64,000 bases of DNA from Leucoraja erinacea (Eukaryota), in contig NC_073399.1 in the NCBI RefSeq assembly GCF_028641065.1, forward strand, positions 30,256,001-30,320,000, read 5' to 3'. A model generated the notes under the pieces. It saw only the letters and a program-made list of their open reading frames with translations. It was not told the DNA's origin and made no database searches. Of the stretch, positions 12,086 through 24,449 are shown piece after piece. Position numbers and translations under genes: made by a program. Position 1 is the stretch's first letter; each line of letters opens with the position of its first letter.

Positions 12086-13028
12086 GGGAATCGGAGATGT
12101 CCTCATTCTTCAGGGAACGGGGGTTCCCCTCTTCTACTATAGATGAGGCTCTCACCAGGGTCTCCTCTATACCCCGTAACTCTGCTCTCAACCCCCATCC
12201 CCCCCCACCCCCACTCATAACAAGGGCCAGGTCCCTCTTGTCCTCACCTTCCACCCTACCAGCCGTCATATACAACAAATAATCCTCCAACATTTTTGCC
12301 ACCAACGGGATCCCACCACTGGCCACATCTTCCCATCTCCTCCCGTCTGCTTTCCGCAGAGACCGCTCCCTCGGTAACTCCCTGGTCAATTCGTCCCTTC
12401 TCACCCAAAACACCCCATTTCCTGGCACTTTCCCTTGCAGCCGCAGGAAATGCAACACTTGTCGCTTTACCTCCATTCAAGGACCCAAGCAGTCTTTCCA
12501 GGTGCGACAGAGGTTCTCCTACACCTCTTCCAACCTCATCTATTGCATCCGCTGCTTTACATCAGTGAGACCAAGCGAAGGCTTGGCGATCGCTTCGCCC
12601 AATACCACCGCTCGGTTCATAATAACCAACCTGATTTCCCGGTGGCTCAGCACTTCAACTCCCCCTCTCATTCCGAATCCGATCTTTCTGTCCTGGGCCT
12701 CCTCCGCTGCGAGAGTGAGGCCCACCATAAATTGGAGGAGCAGCACCTCATATTTCGCTTGGGCTGTTTACACCCCAGCGGTATGAACATTGACTTCTCC
12801 AATTTCAGGTAGTCCCTGCTTTTTCCTCCCCTTCCCAGCTCTCCCCAAGCCCACTGTCTCCACTTCTTCCTTTCTTCTTCCCGCCACCCTCACATCAGTC
12901 TGAAGAAGGGTCTCGACCTGAAACGTTGCCTATTTTTTTTCACTCCATGGATGCCGCCTCTCCCGCTGAGTTTCTCCAGCATTTTTGTCTACCTTCGATT
13001 TTCCAGCATCTGTAGTTCCTTCTTAACC
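12086..13028 (+). mobile_element. Penelope-like element 3' part (GIY-YIG endonuclease + pLTR)
   Basis: NLIYCIRC / ETKRRLGDRF...PVAQHFN...EEQHLIFRLG...GMNIDF; 14-bp duplication CTAATATTCTCCAT at 12072-12085 and 13029-13042. Confidence 0.9.
12897..12932 (+). ncRNA. Minimal type-I hammerhead-like motif in the Penelope pLTR
   Basis: CTGAAGA(12900)-AGGGTCTCGACCT-GAAACGTT-GCC; palindromic ACGT stem III; stem I weak. Confidence 0.55.
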
Positions 13029-13059
13029 CTAATATTCTCCATCATTGTTTTTCATCTAG

Positions 13060-13297
13060 ATTGGAGCTGGTGCAAGCCTACCTGGTATTGTTGTAGCAAA
13101 ATGTGGAGCTAGAGTAATTTTATCAGATTGTGCAGAGTTTCAGAATTGCTTGGATAACTGTCGACAAAGCTGCCAGATCAATAATCTTGAAGATGTGCCT
13201 GTCATCGGTCTAACCTGGGGCCAGATATCTCCTAATCTGGTGCACTTGCCACAAATAGACATAATTCTGGGATCTGACGTGTTTTATGAACCTGAAG
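13060..13297 (+). CDS. METTL23: METTL23 coding exon 3 (SAM-binding motif I)
   Basis: IGAGASLPGIVVAKCGARVILSD...GLTWG...DIILGSDVFYEPE; ctag| and |gtaaag. Confidence 0.95.
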
Positions 13298-14088
13298 GTA
13301 AAGTTTACAAAAATTCCATTTTATATAACCACCAATAATTAACATTCGAAAATAATAGTGCTTATGGTGTCAGATTTGATATTATTTATAATAGCAGAAG
13401 GGAGATAAGCTCTGCATTGACTAACTGTAATAACTGCTAAATAAAGGCATTCCTTGGTGCTTTAGAAGGAAAAGAATGTAATGGGAGCTGACTGAAAGGA
13501 TATGATAGTGTTAAAACAGCTGAAATGGAATTAGAAGTTAATGTAGTTTGCAGACCAGAATTACATTTCTTCCCCTCAACCTATTTGCCTTATCTTCCAT
13601 TGTTTCTAAAGCAGTACATCTCAGTGATGAAATAAGAATGAGCTGTGGATATTCACTCATAAATATAGAAATGGGTCGACATGCACAATACTGTTTTCTT
13701 GCTGAAACGCCAGTAATTATGTATGTAGTGAACATGGTTGAAATGGTTGTTTACAGGCTACAGTGCCATTTTTATGCTATCCTACAAGAGTAAACACATG
13801 CAATCAGTTTACGTTGTGTAAATAATCTAGACTTTTAGCCAGTAAGCTGAATGATTGGTGTGGATTTCAGTAACATTAAGCATTTTGCTTTTTTGCCTAA
13901 TTTATAAAATCCAATAGGCCTGTTGTGACCTATTCTCTCCTGTTTAGGTGAAACCTTTAAGATGATGAACCCCCAAAATTTGTGCCTAGTCTTACTGTTA
14001 AACTTTTAGATTTAAGGCTATCATTATGAATAGACAAAATGTGTGAAATGTATAGCTTTCAAATAAATACTCTTTGATCTACCAATAG

Positions 14089-14173
14089 ACTTTGAGGATA
14101 TATTAACAACTATTTTCTACTTGATGCAAAAAAATCCACATGCACTTTTCTGGACTACTTATCAGGAACGAAG
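14089..14173 (+). CDS. METTL23: METTL23 coding exon 4
   Basis: (D)FEDILTTIFYLMQKNPHALFWTTYQER; atag| and |gtacat. Confidence 0.93.
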
Positions 14174-14509
14174 GTACATTTAAATTGTTTTGTTTGTAGC
14201 TGCTGAATGTTTGATACTTGTATGCAAATATATGACTATTTCCAATGACAAATGGTAGAGTTGAAATGAATAGCAAACCATATTTCATATAAATTACTTG
14301 TTGACTGACATTTGTGACTTCCGTGATTCAGAAGAAAATTATTCTTCCATTTCTTTTGCTCTGTTACGTCATCTGCCAGTCTATTGGGGAGTTTGTCTTT
14401 TGTCATTCAGTTTACTACTCGTTCTGTAACATAGTACTGCTAGGAAGAAAAACTTGCATTTATACAGTGCATTTCTTATATATTTAACAATGCTACAATT
14501 TATGTAAAA

Positions 14510-14656
14510 TGCTGGAGTAACTCAGCAGGTCAGGCAACATTTGTGGAGAACCTAGATAGGTGATGTTTCAGGTCAGAGTCTTAAGGGTACCGACCCAAAA
14601 TGTCATCTATCCATGTTCTCCACAGTTGCTGCATGACCTGCTGAGTTACTCCAGCA
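14510..14656. repeat. Inverted pair of Penelope pLTR-derived units
   Basis: TGCTGGAGTAACTCAGCAGGTCA (14510-14532) is the exact reverse complement of 14634-14656. Confidence 0.85.
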
Positions 14657-15111
14657 CTATTTTTTTGTTACTCAGTTCCCTCTTTCCACATGCTAAAATG
14701 CTACTTTGACTAGCTGCATTATGCAAACTATGACATTATGAGCATTTGTGACCATATGGAATGCTGTAATATCTTAATTCTCAAAATGTTTTTTTACAAC
14801 AGCTTCAATTCATTCAATAATATCATTGCTATATTTTTACATTACCTCCACTAGTACCACTCTAAACCTATCCTCCTCACCCACTTCAACCTTTCTGCTT
14901 AATCCTACAAAGTTTAGCAACCTTTATCATTAATGATTGGATATTTACAACTCTTTGGTAGAAAATTATTATAATACTTTAAATGGAGCAATTTCACCAC
15001 ACAGTAGTCTGAGGTTTAGTTTTAGATTTTCAAGCCAGGATAAATGGTTTCCAATGCCCTCTAATTGCACAGAAGGGAATCTAACTTTAGTTTAAAGGTA
15101 CAGCATCACAA

Positions 15112-15395
15112 CAGGCCTTCCTGCCTTCTCCCCATATCCCGTGATTCCGCTATCTTTAAGAGCTCTATCTAGCTGTCTCTTGAAAGCATCCAGAGAATTG
15201 GCCTCCACTGCCTTCAGAGGCAGACAATTCCACAGATTCATAACTCTCCGGGTGAAAAGGTTTTTCCTCATCTCCATTCTAAATGGCCTAGCTCTTATTC
15301 TTAAACTGTGGCCCTTGGTTCTGGACTCCCCCAAGGTCAGGAACATGTTTCCTGCCTCTAGTGTGTCCAAGCCCTTAATAATCTTAGATGTTTCA
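15112..15395 (-). mobile_element. CR1/HER1 3' fragment
   Basis: ...FTRRVMNLWNCLP...FKRQLD...GYGEKAG. Confidence 0.9.
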
Positions 15396-15705
15396 CGCAG
15401 TCACAAAGGGAACATACAAACTCTGTAGACAACACCAGTAATCAGATTTACATCAGTATTTTACCTGCTGGTCTTGTTCTTCATCAATGATCTCAATTAT
15501 TCATTCTGTACCTTGCAACTCAGTTTAATTAGGATAGCCCATTCCCAGCTTCCATTCTAAGCCAGGTCTGATATTAATTACTCCAATAGCAACTGCTCCT
15601 TAATCTTTATATTTAACCACAAACAAATGGACAAAAGATTTAACAGGGAGAATATTATTAAAACTCCATCTTTAACAATTCTTTGTTGTTTGGATTTTGT
15701 TCCAG

Positions 15706-15880
15706 TGCCAATTGGTCTATTGAAGCATTACTATACAAGTGGAACTTGAAGTGCATTCACATCCCACTGGAAACATTTAGTGCAGATGAAGAACACCTTG
15801 CTGGATCGACTCTACCTGGGAGTCACACTGTTCACATGATGGTTATTACTTTAAAAACAAATATTACCTCAGTGACCTAA
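15706..15880 (+). CDS. METTL23: METTL23 terminal coding exon 5
   Basis: (S)ANWSIEALLYKWNLKCIHIPLETFSADEEHLAGSTLPGSHTVHMMVIT...stop; ccag| acceptor; total CDS 696 nt. Confidence 0.94.
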
Positions 15881-16389
15881 AGCTGCACCAATAACTTCTT
15901 TGTATTATAGAGGACTGCAGTTTCTACCTCGGACAACTATTTTCATGGGGTCCTTATCAAAGGAAAAGATCTCTTCAATATTTATCAAATTAAAAGGATG
16001 AAAAAGTGAATTTCATTTCTTGCTTTTTGTCCATCTCAGATCAAAGCTGAACATTCAATAATTATCTTCAGATAATTAAACAGATAATACAACTTGAGTG
16101 TACTACTTATTTTGCCTTGAAGTTGCAGGAACAATAATCAAATGATATGGATTAAAATATTTAGAGTATCTCACCAGATGACTTTGCCATCATGTGTTCT
16201 TATTTTGCATTGGCTGCATTTTATCATCAATCTTGCTCCATTTCAATCTCAGGCATGTTGGGAACTACCACTGTTGCCCCAGAGCTCTATTTACATGCAA
16301 CAACTCGGCAGAAATGTCAGACAATACATTGGATGGGGAGGCTTACAGCATAAACGGTAATGAAGCTCTATAATTGTTCTTTCCGGGGG

Positions 16390-16430
<41 letters not shown>

Positions 16431-17359
16431 GGGGATAGCACTCCCCCACCCCCTGACATCCCTTCCTCTGGCTTCATTTCACTCATCTACCCTTGTCGAG
16501 CCTTTTTTCAACTATCTGCTAATCAAACACCCCATGACCTGTCCACCTATCATTTTTGTAGGGAGGAACTGCAGATGCTGGTTTAAATCAAAGGGACACA
16601 AAATGCTGGAGTAACTCAGCGGGGCAGGCAGCATCTCTGGAGAGAAGGAATGGGTGACGTTTTGGGTTGAGACCCTTCAGATCTGCCAGGTTTTGCCCCA
16701 CCCGCCATCTCTGCCATCCCTCCCCCACACACAGTCTGAAGGCAGCTTCCGACCCGAAACATTGACTGTTACTCGCCCCAAGTACGCTTCCTGAGCTAGA
16801 GTTCGTCCTGTATCTGCCGTTGTTAGCAAATGGAACACAATAGCTTACAACCACTGAGAGCTACTTATGCAGGACTGAATTATCTACTTAGCAATGGAAA
16901 TTCGAGGGAGGCTAGTAGCATGCAATGAAGGCCAAGCAGAATTCCAAGTGGATAATGTAATTTTGAAAATTCAAGCTAACTTCCAGGTGTAGCTTAATAA
17001 GCACACGCGATGACAGGATTGGGGTAAATGATATCACTAACTCAAAGGTTTGGACTAATAATGTTGAGTGTAAGACCTCGGTTAACAAAATGATGAACTT
17101 GAGTTTCATAGCAGCAAAGGTTTAAGCCTTACTGCTCTGAAACAGGATCTTTAAAAGTTTGAATCCATGCATCAACATGGATTTCTGTTTTGCATTTGTA
17201 TTATTAGAACCATTGCTGCTACCTAATTTTTAAAGCATATATCCATGTCAGCACAAATCAGAGTTATTCACAATCGCACCATCAATTCCCTTGACTCTTA
17301 AAGTCGCTGAATGCAACATCAAGTTAAATGTAGAACAATTAACACCAAGAAAAAAAACC

Positions 17360-17365
17360 TTTATT
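17360..17365 (-). terminator. SRSF2 polyadenylation signal AATAAA
   Basis: tttatt on plus; followed on minus by a U/GU-rich tract ending TTTTCTTGGTGTT, resembling the recalled mammalian SRSF2 3' end. Confidence 0.7.
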
Positions 17366-17721
17366 GACATTACTGAAATACAAGTACAGAATCTTGTACT
17401 GAAGCAAACTGTTAATTACAATAAAGTTCAAAATTAACAGCTTTCTAAATAATATGTTCAATATGTAAATGTATAAACCAATTACCAAGTAAAAAACAAG
17501 GTAGCTAAAGGTGCTTACTGCCTGCTCCATAATTTACACGCAGCCACGTCTCTGGAGGTGCAGCTGACAGGCATTTTACTGGACAGCCATATTTTCTGCA
17601 CGTCAAGGCATCATTACAGGAGCAATCAGGAGAATACAGGACACAGCCAAGCACTCTGCACTGCACTGCAACACGCCACCTTACAGCTAACCCGCTTTAC
17701 AGAACTGCTACACAACTGCGC

Positions 17722-18044
17722 CTAGTGCACAAAAATACATGAGACAATAAGATTAGTATTGGACAGAAATAAAAATTGGAAAAAAGACATATGCAAGTTG
17801 AAATTTAAAAAGGTAATTACTTCAGTGTACAGAAACATTACAAAACCTGGAAATAAGTTCCATGTTTTTTTTTACCTTATGTACGTATCCAACCAAAATG
17901 CATCTGGTCGAGCATTTCACTAAATCGTAAGAAGTAATAGCAACACAGATGGCACATAACATATAATGAGCCTTCTTAGACACAAATTTTAATTCATAAC
18001 TTAAAACTGACAAAACCCATTATAAACAATGATGTTATAATAAC
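17722..18044 (-). promoter_or_regulatory. Alternatively retained 3'UTR intron of SRSF2 (autoregulation/NMD)
   Basis: Donor AAAAG|GTTATT at 18045/18044 and acceptor ATGTATTTTTGTGCACTAG|GCGCAGTTGTGTAGCAGTT at 17722/17721 match the recalled human SRSF2 sites. Confidence 0.85.
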
Positions 18045-18160
18045 CTTTTAAGCTGATAACTGCTTATTTTAGGGTGTCTCTCCATCACCTAAACAGATGG
18101 CAAGAGATGGTATTTCTTGCAAGGCATCTATCATGTAAATCTTCCAGCCACTCAGAATAT
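18045..18160 (-). other. SRSF2: SRSF2 terminal 3'UTR exon, 5' segment
   Basis: Acceptor ttaacttctctttgttctag|AT at 18161/18160; upstream donor AAA|GTGAGT at 21900/21899, 19 nt after the stop. Confidence 0.75.
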
Positions 18161-18989
18161 CTAGAACAAAGAGAAGTTAAAATGTAAGCAGTATGTTCTA
18201 TATCACAAAATATTGATAACAATATTAACTAGGTCACGCCAAAAGTGACAAATTGATAAATATAAACATTTATTTTTAAGCAATGTTTTTAATGCAACTT
18301 CTAGAAAACTTCATTAAACTGGTATTAAAAGGAATTTTCTTCAGTACCAGAGCATTTAACTTCCAAGTCTCAGGTTATGTCTTATTGAAGGTACGTGCAC
18401 TTCCAGAAAAAAAAAAAAGCCCTGCTAATGTTGTAAGTGAAATTCTATAAAGACACAACATTGTGGTTCTATTTCTGGTGCAGAAAGCAATTTAATGACA
18501 ATCCAACAGGAATTTTTCAGCTGGATTTTTGATTTAAAGAAACATGCTGGACTTAAAAATAAATTAAAAAAATCAGAATGCAATTTTTAATGTTCCCTCA
18601 ATAACAATGTATCCTGAAGGTTATATATGAAATATAAATTTTAAAATTCAGAGAGGAATTTTGATATTTGCGGCATTTTCTGCAGTACATCAAGGAAAAG
18701 TCAGTTTTATTTAGTGGAGCTCTATTATCTTGGAAAGCTCCCATAGTTTAATTACCTTCAATCGGACCGAATGAAAGCCAGAATTGAAACGGTGGTCCCT
18801 AGTTACTTTAGGAAAAAATATTGTAAGTTGGAGTCACTTTATTTAAATCTTGCTATAATCTAAACATTAAATAAGGTGATGTTATCTACCTATAAATAAT
18901 TACCAAGTAGCAATATTAATTCAAGACATAAACATATATTGCAATCTCACATTTGGTCAGGTGTGTGATGCAATACTCACCACAGGCCC

Positions 18990-19350
18990 AGACAGGTACA
19001 GCTGCCAGCAAGTTTATCAGCACCCCTGGCATTGTACTCAACAGGCATTCTTCCACAACCAGTATATCGCTGCAGCAGTGCAAATAAACTACAGGATGTA
19101 GTGCAACTCACCAAGCTTACCTCAACTGCACCAACGGCCACAAGACCTCGACCACCCCGCAGAATAACAGCAAAAATCATTGAAACATCACCTCCAGCCA
19201 CAGATCCCCCAGCCACACAAGATCCTGATTTGGAACACAAATAGCTGCTCCTTCATTATCAGTCGATCAAAATCCAAAACCCATACCCAATGTTGCTGGG
19301 GTATTAACATAAGGACTGCAAAAGGTAAAAGCAGTCTGCAACCACATTCT
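18990..19350 (+). mobile_element. Decayed LINE 3' fragment inside the SRSF2 3'UTR intron
   Basis: Resembles a recalled elasmobranch CR1/L2 3' consensus (...actcaccaag...atcctgatttggaa...tcaaaatcc). Confidence 0.5.
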
Positions 19351-21918
19351 TAGGCCAACTTGCAATAGGTAACAAATGACCAACTGCTAAAATCACCAAA
19401 ATTACAAAATATATAAAAATTTGGAATCAGGGACCAAAGGTTTATTGTCATGTATAGTATGGTATGCAAATGAAAATCGGTAATTGATTGAAGCAAAGTT
19501 ACTGTAAATAAAAGCTTTTTAAACACTACAAAAAATAACAAAATAAAAGTTCAGAAGTTAATTCAACATCTTAAAGCTAATTTAGTGAATAAAACAAGTA
19601 ATTTGATGTCTAATGCATGAAGCAACTTCATAGGTACTACAGCATTCAATGGATTTCCATTTAAAACAGACAATTAAATAAATTGACAAACAGCAAAAAA
19701 TTACTTCCAAAAAGCAGGGGGGGGGGCGCGAGTAAAAGGGCGCAGTCAATGGGAAAAGAAACGATTACCAAGGGAATAACAAAAAAGCAATAAAAGAAGA
19801 GTCAGAAGAGTGTATGTGGAAATTGAATTACAGGAACTAGGGTCAAAAATCACTTTCGCAAGCCCAGAGCACTACAAAAAAAACAAATGCTGATTCTTTA
19901 AAAACAAAATTACCTCTATAAACAAGGGCTCCCCTGGTTGGCTTTGCCATTTAACGTCATTGGGGATCCGCTGTGTGATATCAATTTCTTTTCTCTGCCC
20001 GATTCCCATGATCCTTGATTCAACAATCATCCAAAAATCTCAACGTGTAAAAACACATAACTTTGATATTTTGACATTGGGTGAACATAAATATCAACCT
20101 TAACAGCAGTGATATTCCAAATTGATTTTACTTCATTGCCACCTTTTACGATTTGGTGTGCCTCAATGCCATTGCACCGTGTTTAGTATGAAAGTGTAAC
20201 TGTAGAAGTTGATAAAGCAGTTGGCCCCGAATTAAAATTTTAGTTTCATTACCAAGAACGATTACAATAATGGTTTGCATTAAAAGTACGACTTTAATGG
20301 AATCAAATAAAAATTCATATGGTTGGACATCTAATTAGGTTTTCCGTCATTTCTGTCCAGGCTGCAACAAAATAGTGCAGCATTTTTATTTAAATTAAAT
20401 TAGAAGAGGTAGACTAGTGAAGAAACTCAATTTCACATTCTAACAAAATGGTCTTGAGCAAAAACAGCACCATTGTTTTCCCTTCAGAAGTAAACAGGTT
20501 TCTACTGCAGAATGTCATTCTTTTCCCCCATTTGAATTCCTTTCAGAATAACATTTATCATCAGCAGCAGCTTTTACCTACCATTAAACTTCAGACAGCA
20601 AGGCACTTCGCAAGAGTCAGATTGGGAGCAGAACTGGACTGCAACAGGGCTCACGAGCCCTCCAAAGGCTAAAACCCTTCTGCAGCTATTGTTACAGAAA
20701 CTTATCAGGATTCGAAAAATTAAAGGTTAAGCCCACTACAAAACAATGTATTCATGCAACATCATCTTTAGCTGGTTGTGTTATTGCAGCAGTGAACAAC
20801 CGTTTGTAATTGAATAAGGAGGGCGATTTAAAAAAATCAAATATGGGGAGAAGACATTTGCAAGCACAACTTGGAAGAAACAATAAATGAAAATAAATCA
20901 TAAAAACTAGATACAAATATATTACTTTAGGCAATCTTAATATTTTGAGAGATTATAGTCAAGTCTTCATACCCCTCCAGCTCCTCAAGTGGTTCACTCC
21001 CAACACTGCTGATGGCCCACATTGTCATCTCAATGTCCACACATGACCTCCATAAAATAAATGAAATGAACTATAACCTTGCAGGTTTTTTTAAATTAGC
21101 TGCTTTTCCTCAAACATGATTGTGGATGGCATAATGAATTGTCTTATGAAGTTCTTGTGGCTCATGCATGAAATAGTCAGATTGCATTTTGGGATCGGGA
21201 CTATACTGTAATTTCAACTGTTATGTTCATTCAGCTCTTCCACTGCTTAACACAATAACATCTCCTCTGCTAAATAGGGGAAAAAACATACATGTTAAAA
21301 CTGGCCATCAGGATTGTTTGCTTCATGAAAGAATAGTCCCAGAGGAAATGTCTTAGCTTTTCACGGATGCAAAGGGGCAGGTTGAAAAAAAGGGCAGTTA
21401 CAAGTATCACTGGAAGTTGAAGATTTCAGTTGGGCTCAGCATCTTGTAAATTCTCTGTCAGTTATCACAATTCACCAAAGAAGTGATCAAAAGTTACCAA
21501 ATCAAAAATAACCAAATACAGTAATAATTGGTCAGCAATATTGTTTAGTAATTTCCCATATTGAATAGGCATTCAGAAATGCAAGGAAAGCCAGCTTCTG
21601 TTAAGTGAAGAGCAGTGAAAAGGCTAACATCAACAAACAAATGGTTTCAACAGTATAGTATATTGCTAATGCAAAAAAAAAAAAAACAACCTTTTCCAAT
21701 AAATTGATTTCTCCTGTACCTGACAATTAAATTAACTTGCATCAAGAATGATTTCCATTTATTAACAATAGTCCAATACAAATCACCCTGATTTGTTCGA
21801 TGATAATTATACATTCTTTCTATATTACTCAGTAATTAGCCTATTTATATATGCAAATTAATCTCAATATAATAGCATCACTTAAATCTATATACTCACT
21901 TTGGTGCCATTTACCACT

Positions 21919-22207
21919 TCACGGTGATTCAATTCCATCTTTCTGTGGAGATGTTGAATTAATTGGTGTCTTGGATCTGGATTTAGACTTTGACCCATGA
22001 GACATCCGAGATATACTTCTAGATCGTGACCTGGACCTCGATCTTGACCTTGATTTTGACTTGGACCGCGATCTTTCAATGGATCTAGATTTGGAACGGG
22101 ATCTAGATCGGGTAAACGAACGAGATCGGGACCTGCTGTAACGAGATCTTGACCTACTTCGGCTTTTACTTCTGGATCTGGTATGCGATCGACGGCGTCT
22201 TCTGGGA
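21919..22207 (-). CDS. SRSF2: SRSF2 coding exon 2 (RS domain)
   Basis: (S)[26 protein letters not shown]...stop; acceptor ttag| at 22208; phase matches exon 1. Confidence 0.96.
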
Positions 22208-23557
22208 CTAATTTGAGTGACAAAACAGGGCAGAAGCAAGGGAAAATTAAGTACGAAACATTGACAAACAATAAATTAACAGAATTCATCTCCCATCTCT
22301 TATAAATATAGCTCCAAGGTGACCATTCATTAGTGCACTTGTCCGGATAATCTGTCTGTACATTAAGCAAATGAAGTACAGGTGGAAAATCCAACCACGG
22401 TGTAAATATTAATTACAAACATTTACTTATTTTCATCCTAAATTTCACACGTGTATTGGCCAATTGCTTATGTTGCTGAATAATGTACTATCTTTCTCCA
22501 ACACAGTGACAGTTCATGATGCACATGATCAACAAAATAAATGATTTTCACTTCCCCATGGTAACTGGGACAGGAAAACTGTAGAGTAAATTATTACAAC
22601 CATGGGAGTTTCCTTGTTTGAATACAATCTAATAATGATCTGAGACTTTGTGGATTTCTTGAATACAAAACATAAAGAAAATATACATTTTAAATCACCC
22701 ACTTGTATCTTCGAGATCATTGGAATGGTAGTAAGCATACCATCCCTCCATCAGGAATTACACAGAATGGAATACATCAACACAAATAAATGCGATGAAG
22801 AAAAAAGTGTGCGTGCCCCTTCCTTGCTAAAGAGTTACAGACCAGTAAAATGGAAAATGATTAAATAAAAACAGCCACTGAAATAAATATACTTTTCCCC
22901 CAAAACAAAATTTAAACACCTAACTCATGTTGGACAACAAATTAAAGGATTAAAACTCAATATTTTTCTATTGTAGTCAACTTTCCCTCCAGTCCCAAAG
23001 CTTCATCTTCCCACCAAATAGCCAGAACTTTATCTTCCCACTAAATAGTTAATTACGAGAATAATACTACTTTTAAACAAAGCACACGAGCATTACTAGC
23101 TCAGTGTAAAAGTCACACCACGAATAACATTGCAGACGGAGGGAGCACACACTTATCACGACAAATGAAACAAAATATCAAATTTCAATATCTAAAGAGG
23201 CGTCTGTGATAACAATGCCTCCCCCACATTGGCGTTTATGAGACGGCGCAATAAAGATGAAAAAAACATTAAGTAGAAAAGTCTCGGAGATCGCTCAAAA
23301 ACACAACACTTTTTGTCTAGGCTGGAAGTTAATATCACACCAATGCCTCTTCAGGCTTGCCATGGATACAATCTATTGAATACGCATCCCTCGTTTTAAG
23401 TCGGGACCCTTCTTCAGAAAGAATAACACTTAAGATCCGTAACTTTCTATCAACGTTCTGCCTAAAAAAGCAAATGTAACCTCATGCTCAGAATCCCTAC
23501 AGAAATAGTCAAACACAGAAACAAGCCAGTTGGTCGAAGTCCTGGCAACATCCTTAT

Positions 23558-24449
23558 AGGGAGGTTTCACGGCAGTCGGGTCACGACCCATGACCTGTAC
23601 TATTGCTACGCTACGCCAAATGGAGTACACGCGATGAACTGCAGGTAAGCACTTATCATTGTTTCCAGCGTAGCGGGCCCATTAAAACCCGCCGAAATGG
23701 TCAATTTTTGCGCCGTAAATAATTATGGAAGTCGGGGTACATGTGAGAGACATGTCCCCAACTTCAGAATTCCAAAAGTGAAGCGAAATGTAGGTAAATA
23801 GAAGCGAGAGCTGAAGGGACAACAGCAGCTAAAGTGCTTGGTAAACATTGGCCGTGCAGATATCGGAATTGAAAATACTGGGAATTATCGTGTTTGCTCA
23901 CTGCATTTCATCAACAGTAAGGCATTATTTGTGTTTTTTCTTGATTCCTTTGATATCTAAAAAGTCTCAGAAGTGATAAATCTGACTGTAAATTTTTCTT
24001 CAGATGCGTTTTCATTTTGTATGTAAAAACCCACTTGAGAACCATGGGCGATTAAAAAAATTTACAGCCAGATTTATCACTTCTGAAACTTTTTAGATGC
24101 CAAAGGAAGAAAAAACACAAATAATGCCTTAGTTGATGAAATGCAGTGAGCAAACGGCCAATGTTCGCTAAGCACTGTCTGTTGTTGTCCCTTCAGCTCT
24201 CACTTCTATCTACCGTCATTTCTCCTCACTTTTGGAATTCTGAAGTAGGCTAAATGTCTCACACGCTTATCCCGATTTCCATAATTATTTACAGCACAAA
24301 AATTGACATTTTCGGCGGGTTTTAACGGGCCCGCTACGCTGGAAACAGTGTTAAGTGCCTACCTGCGGCTCATCGCGTGTACTCTATTTAGAGTAGCGTA
24401 GCAACAGTACGGGTCATGGGTCGTGACCCGACTGCCGCGAAACCTCCCT
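23558..24449. mobile_element. Palindromic ISL2EU-like non-autonomous DNA transposon in SRSF2 intron 1
   Basis: AT|AGGGAGGTTTC...GAAACCTCCCT|AT; ~400-bp inverted arms; decayed THAP ORF at 23697-23916 (MVNFCAV...FRIPKV...RVCSLHF). Confidence 0.8.

Noticed and set aside
16384-16429. Long poly-G run and Gly-rich ORFs
   Set aside because: Homopolymer; length unreliable and ORFs are low-complexity artefacts.
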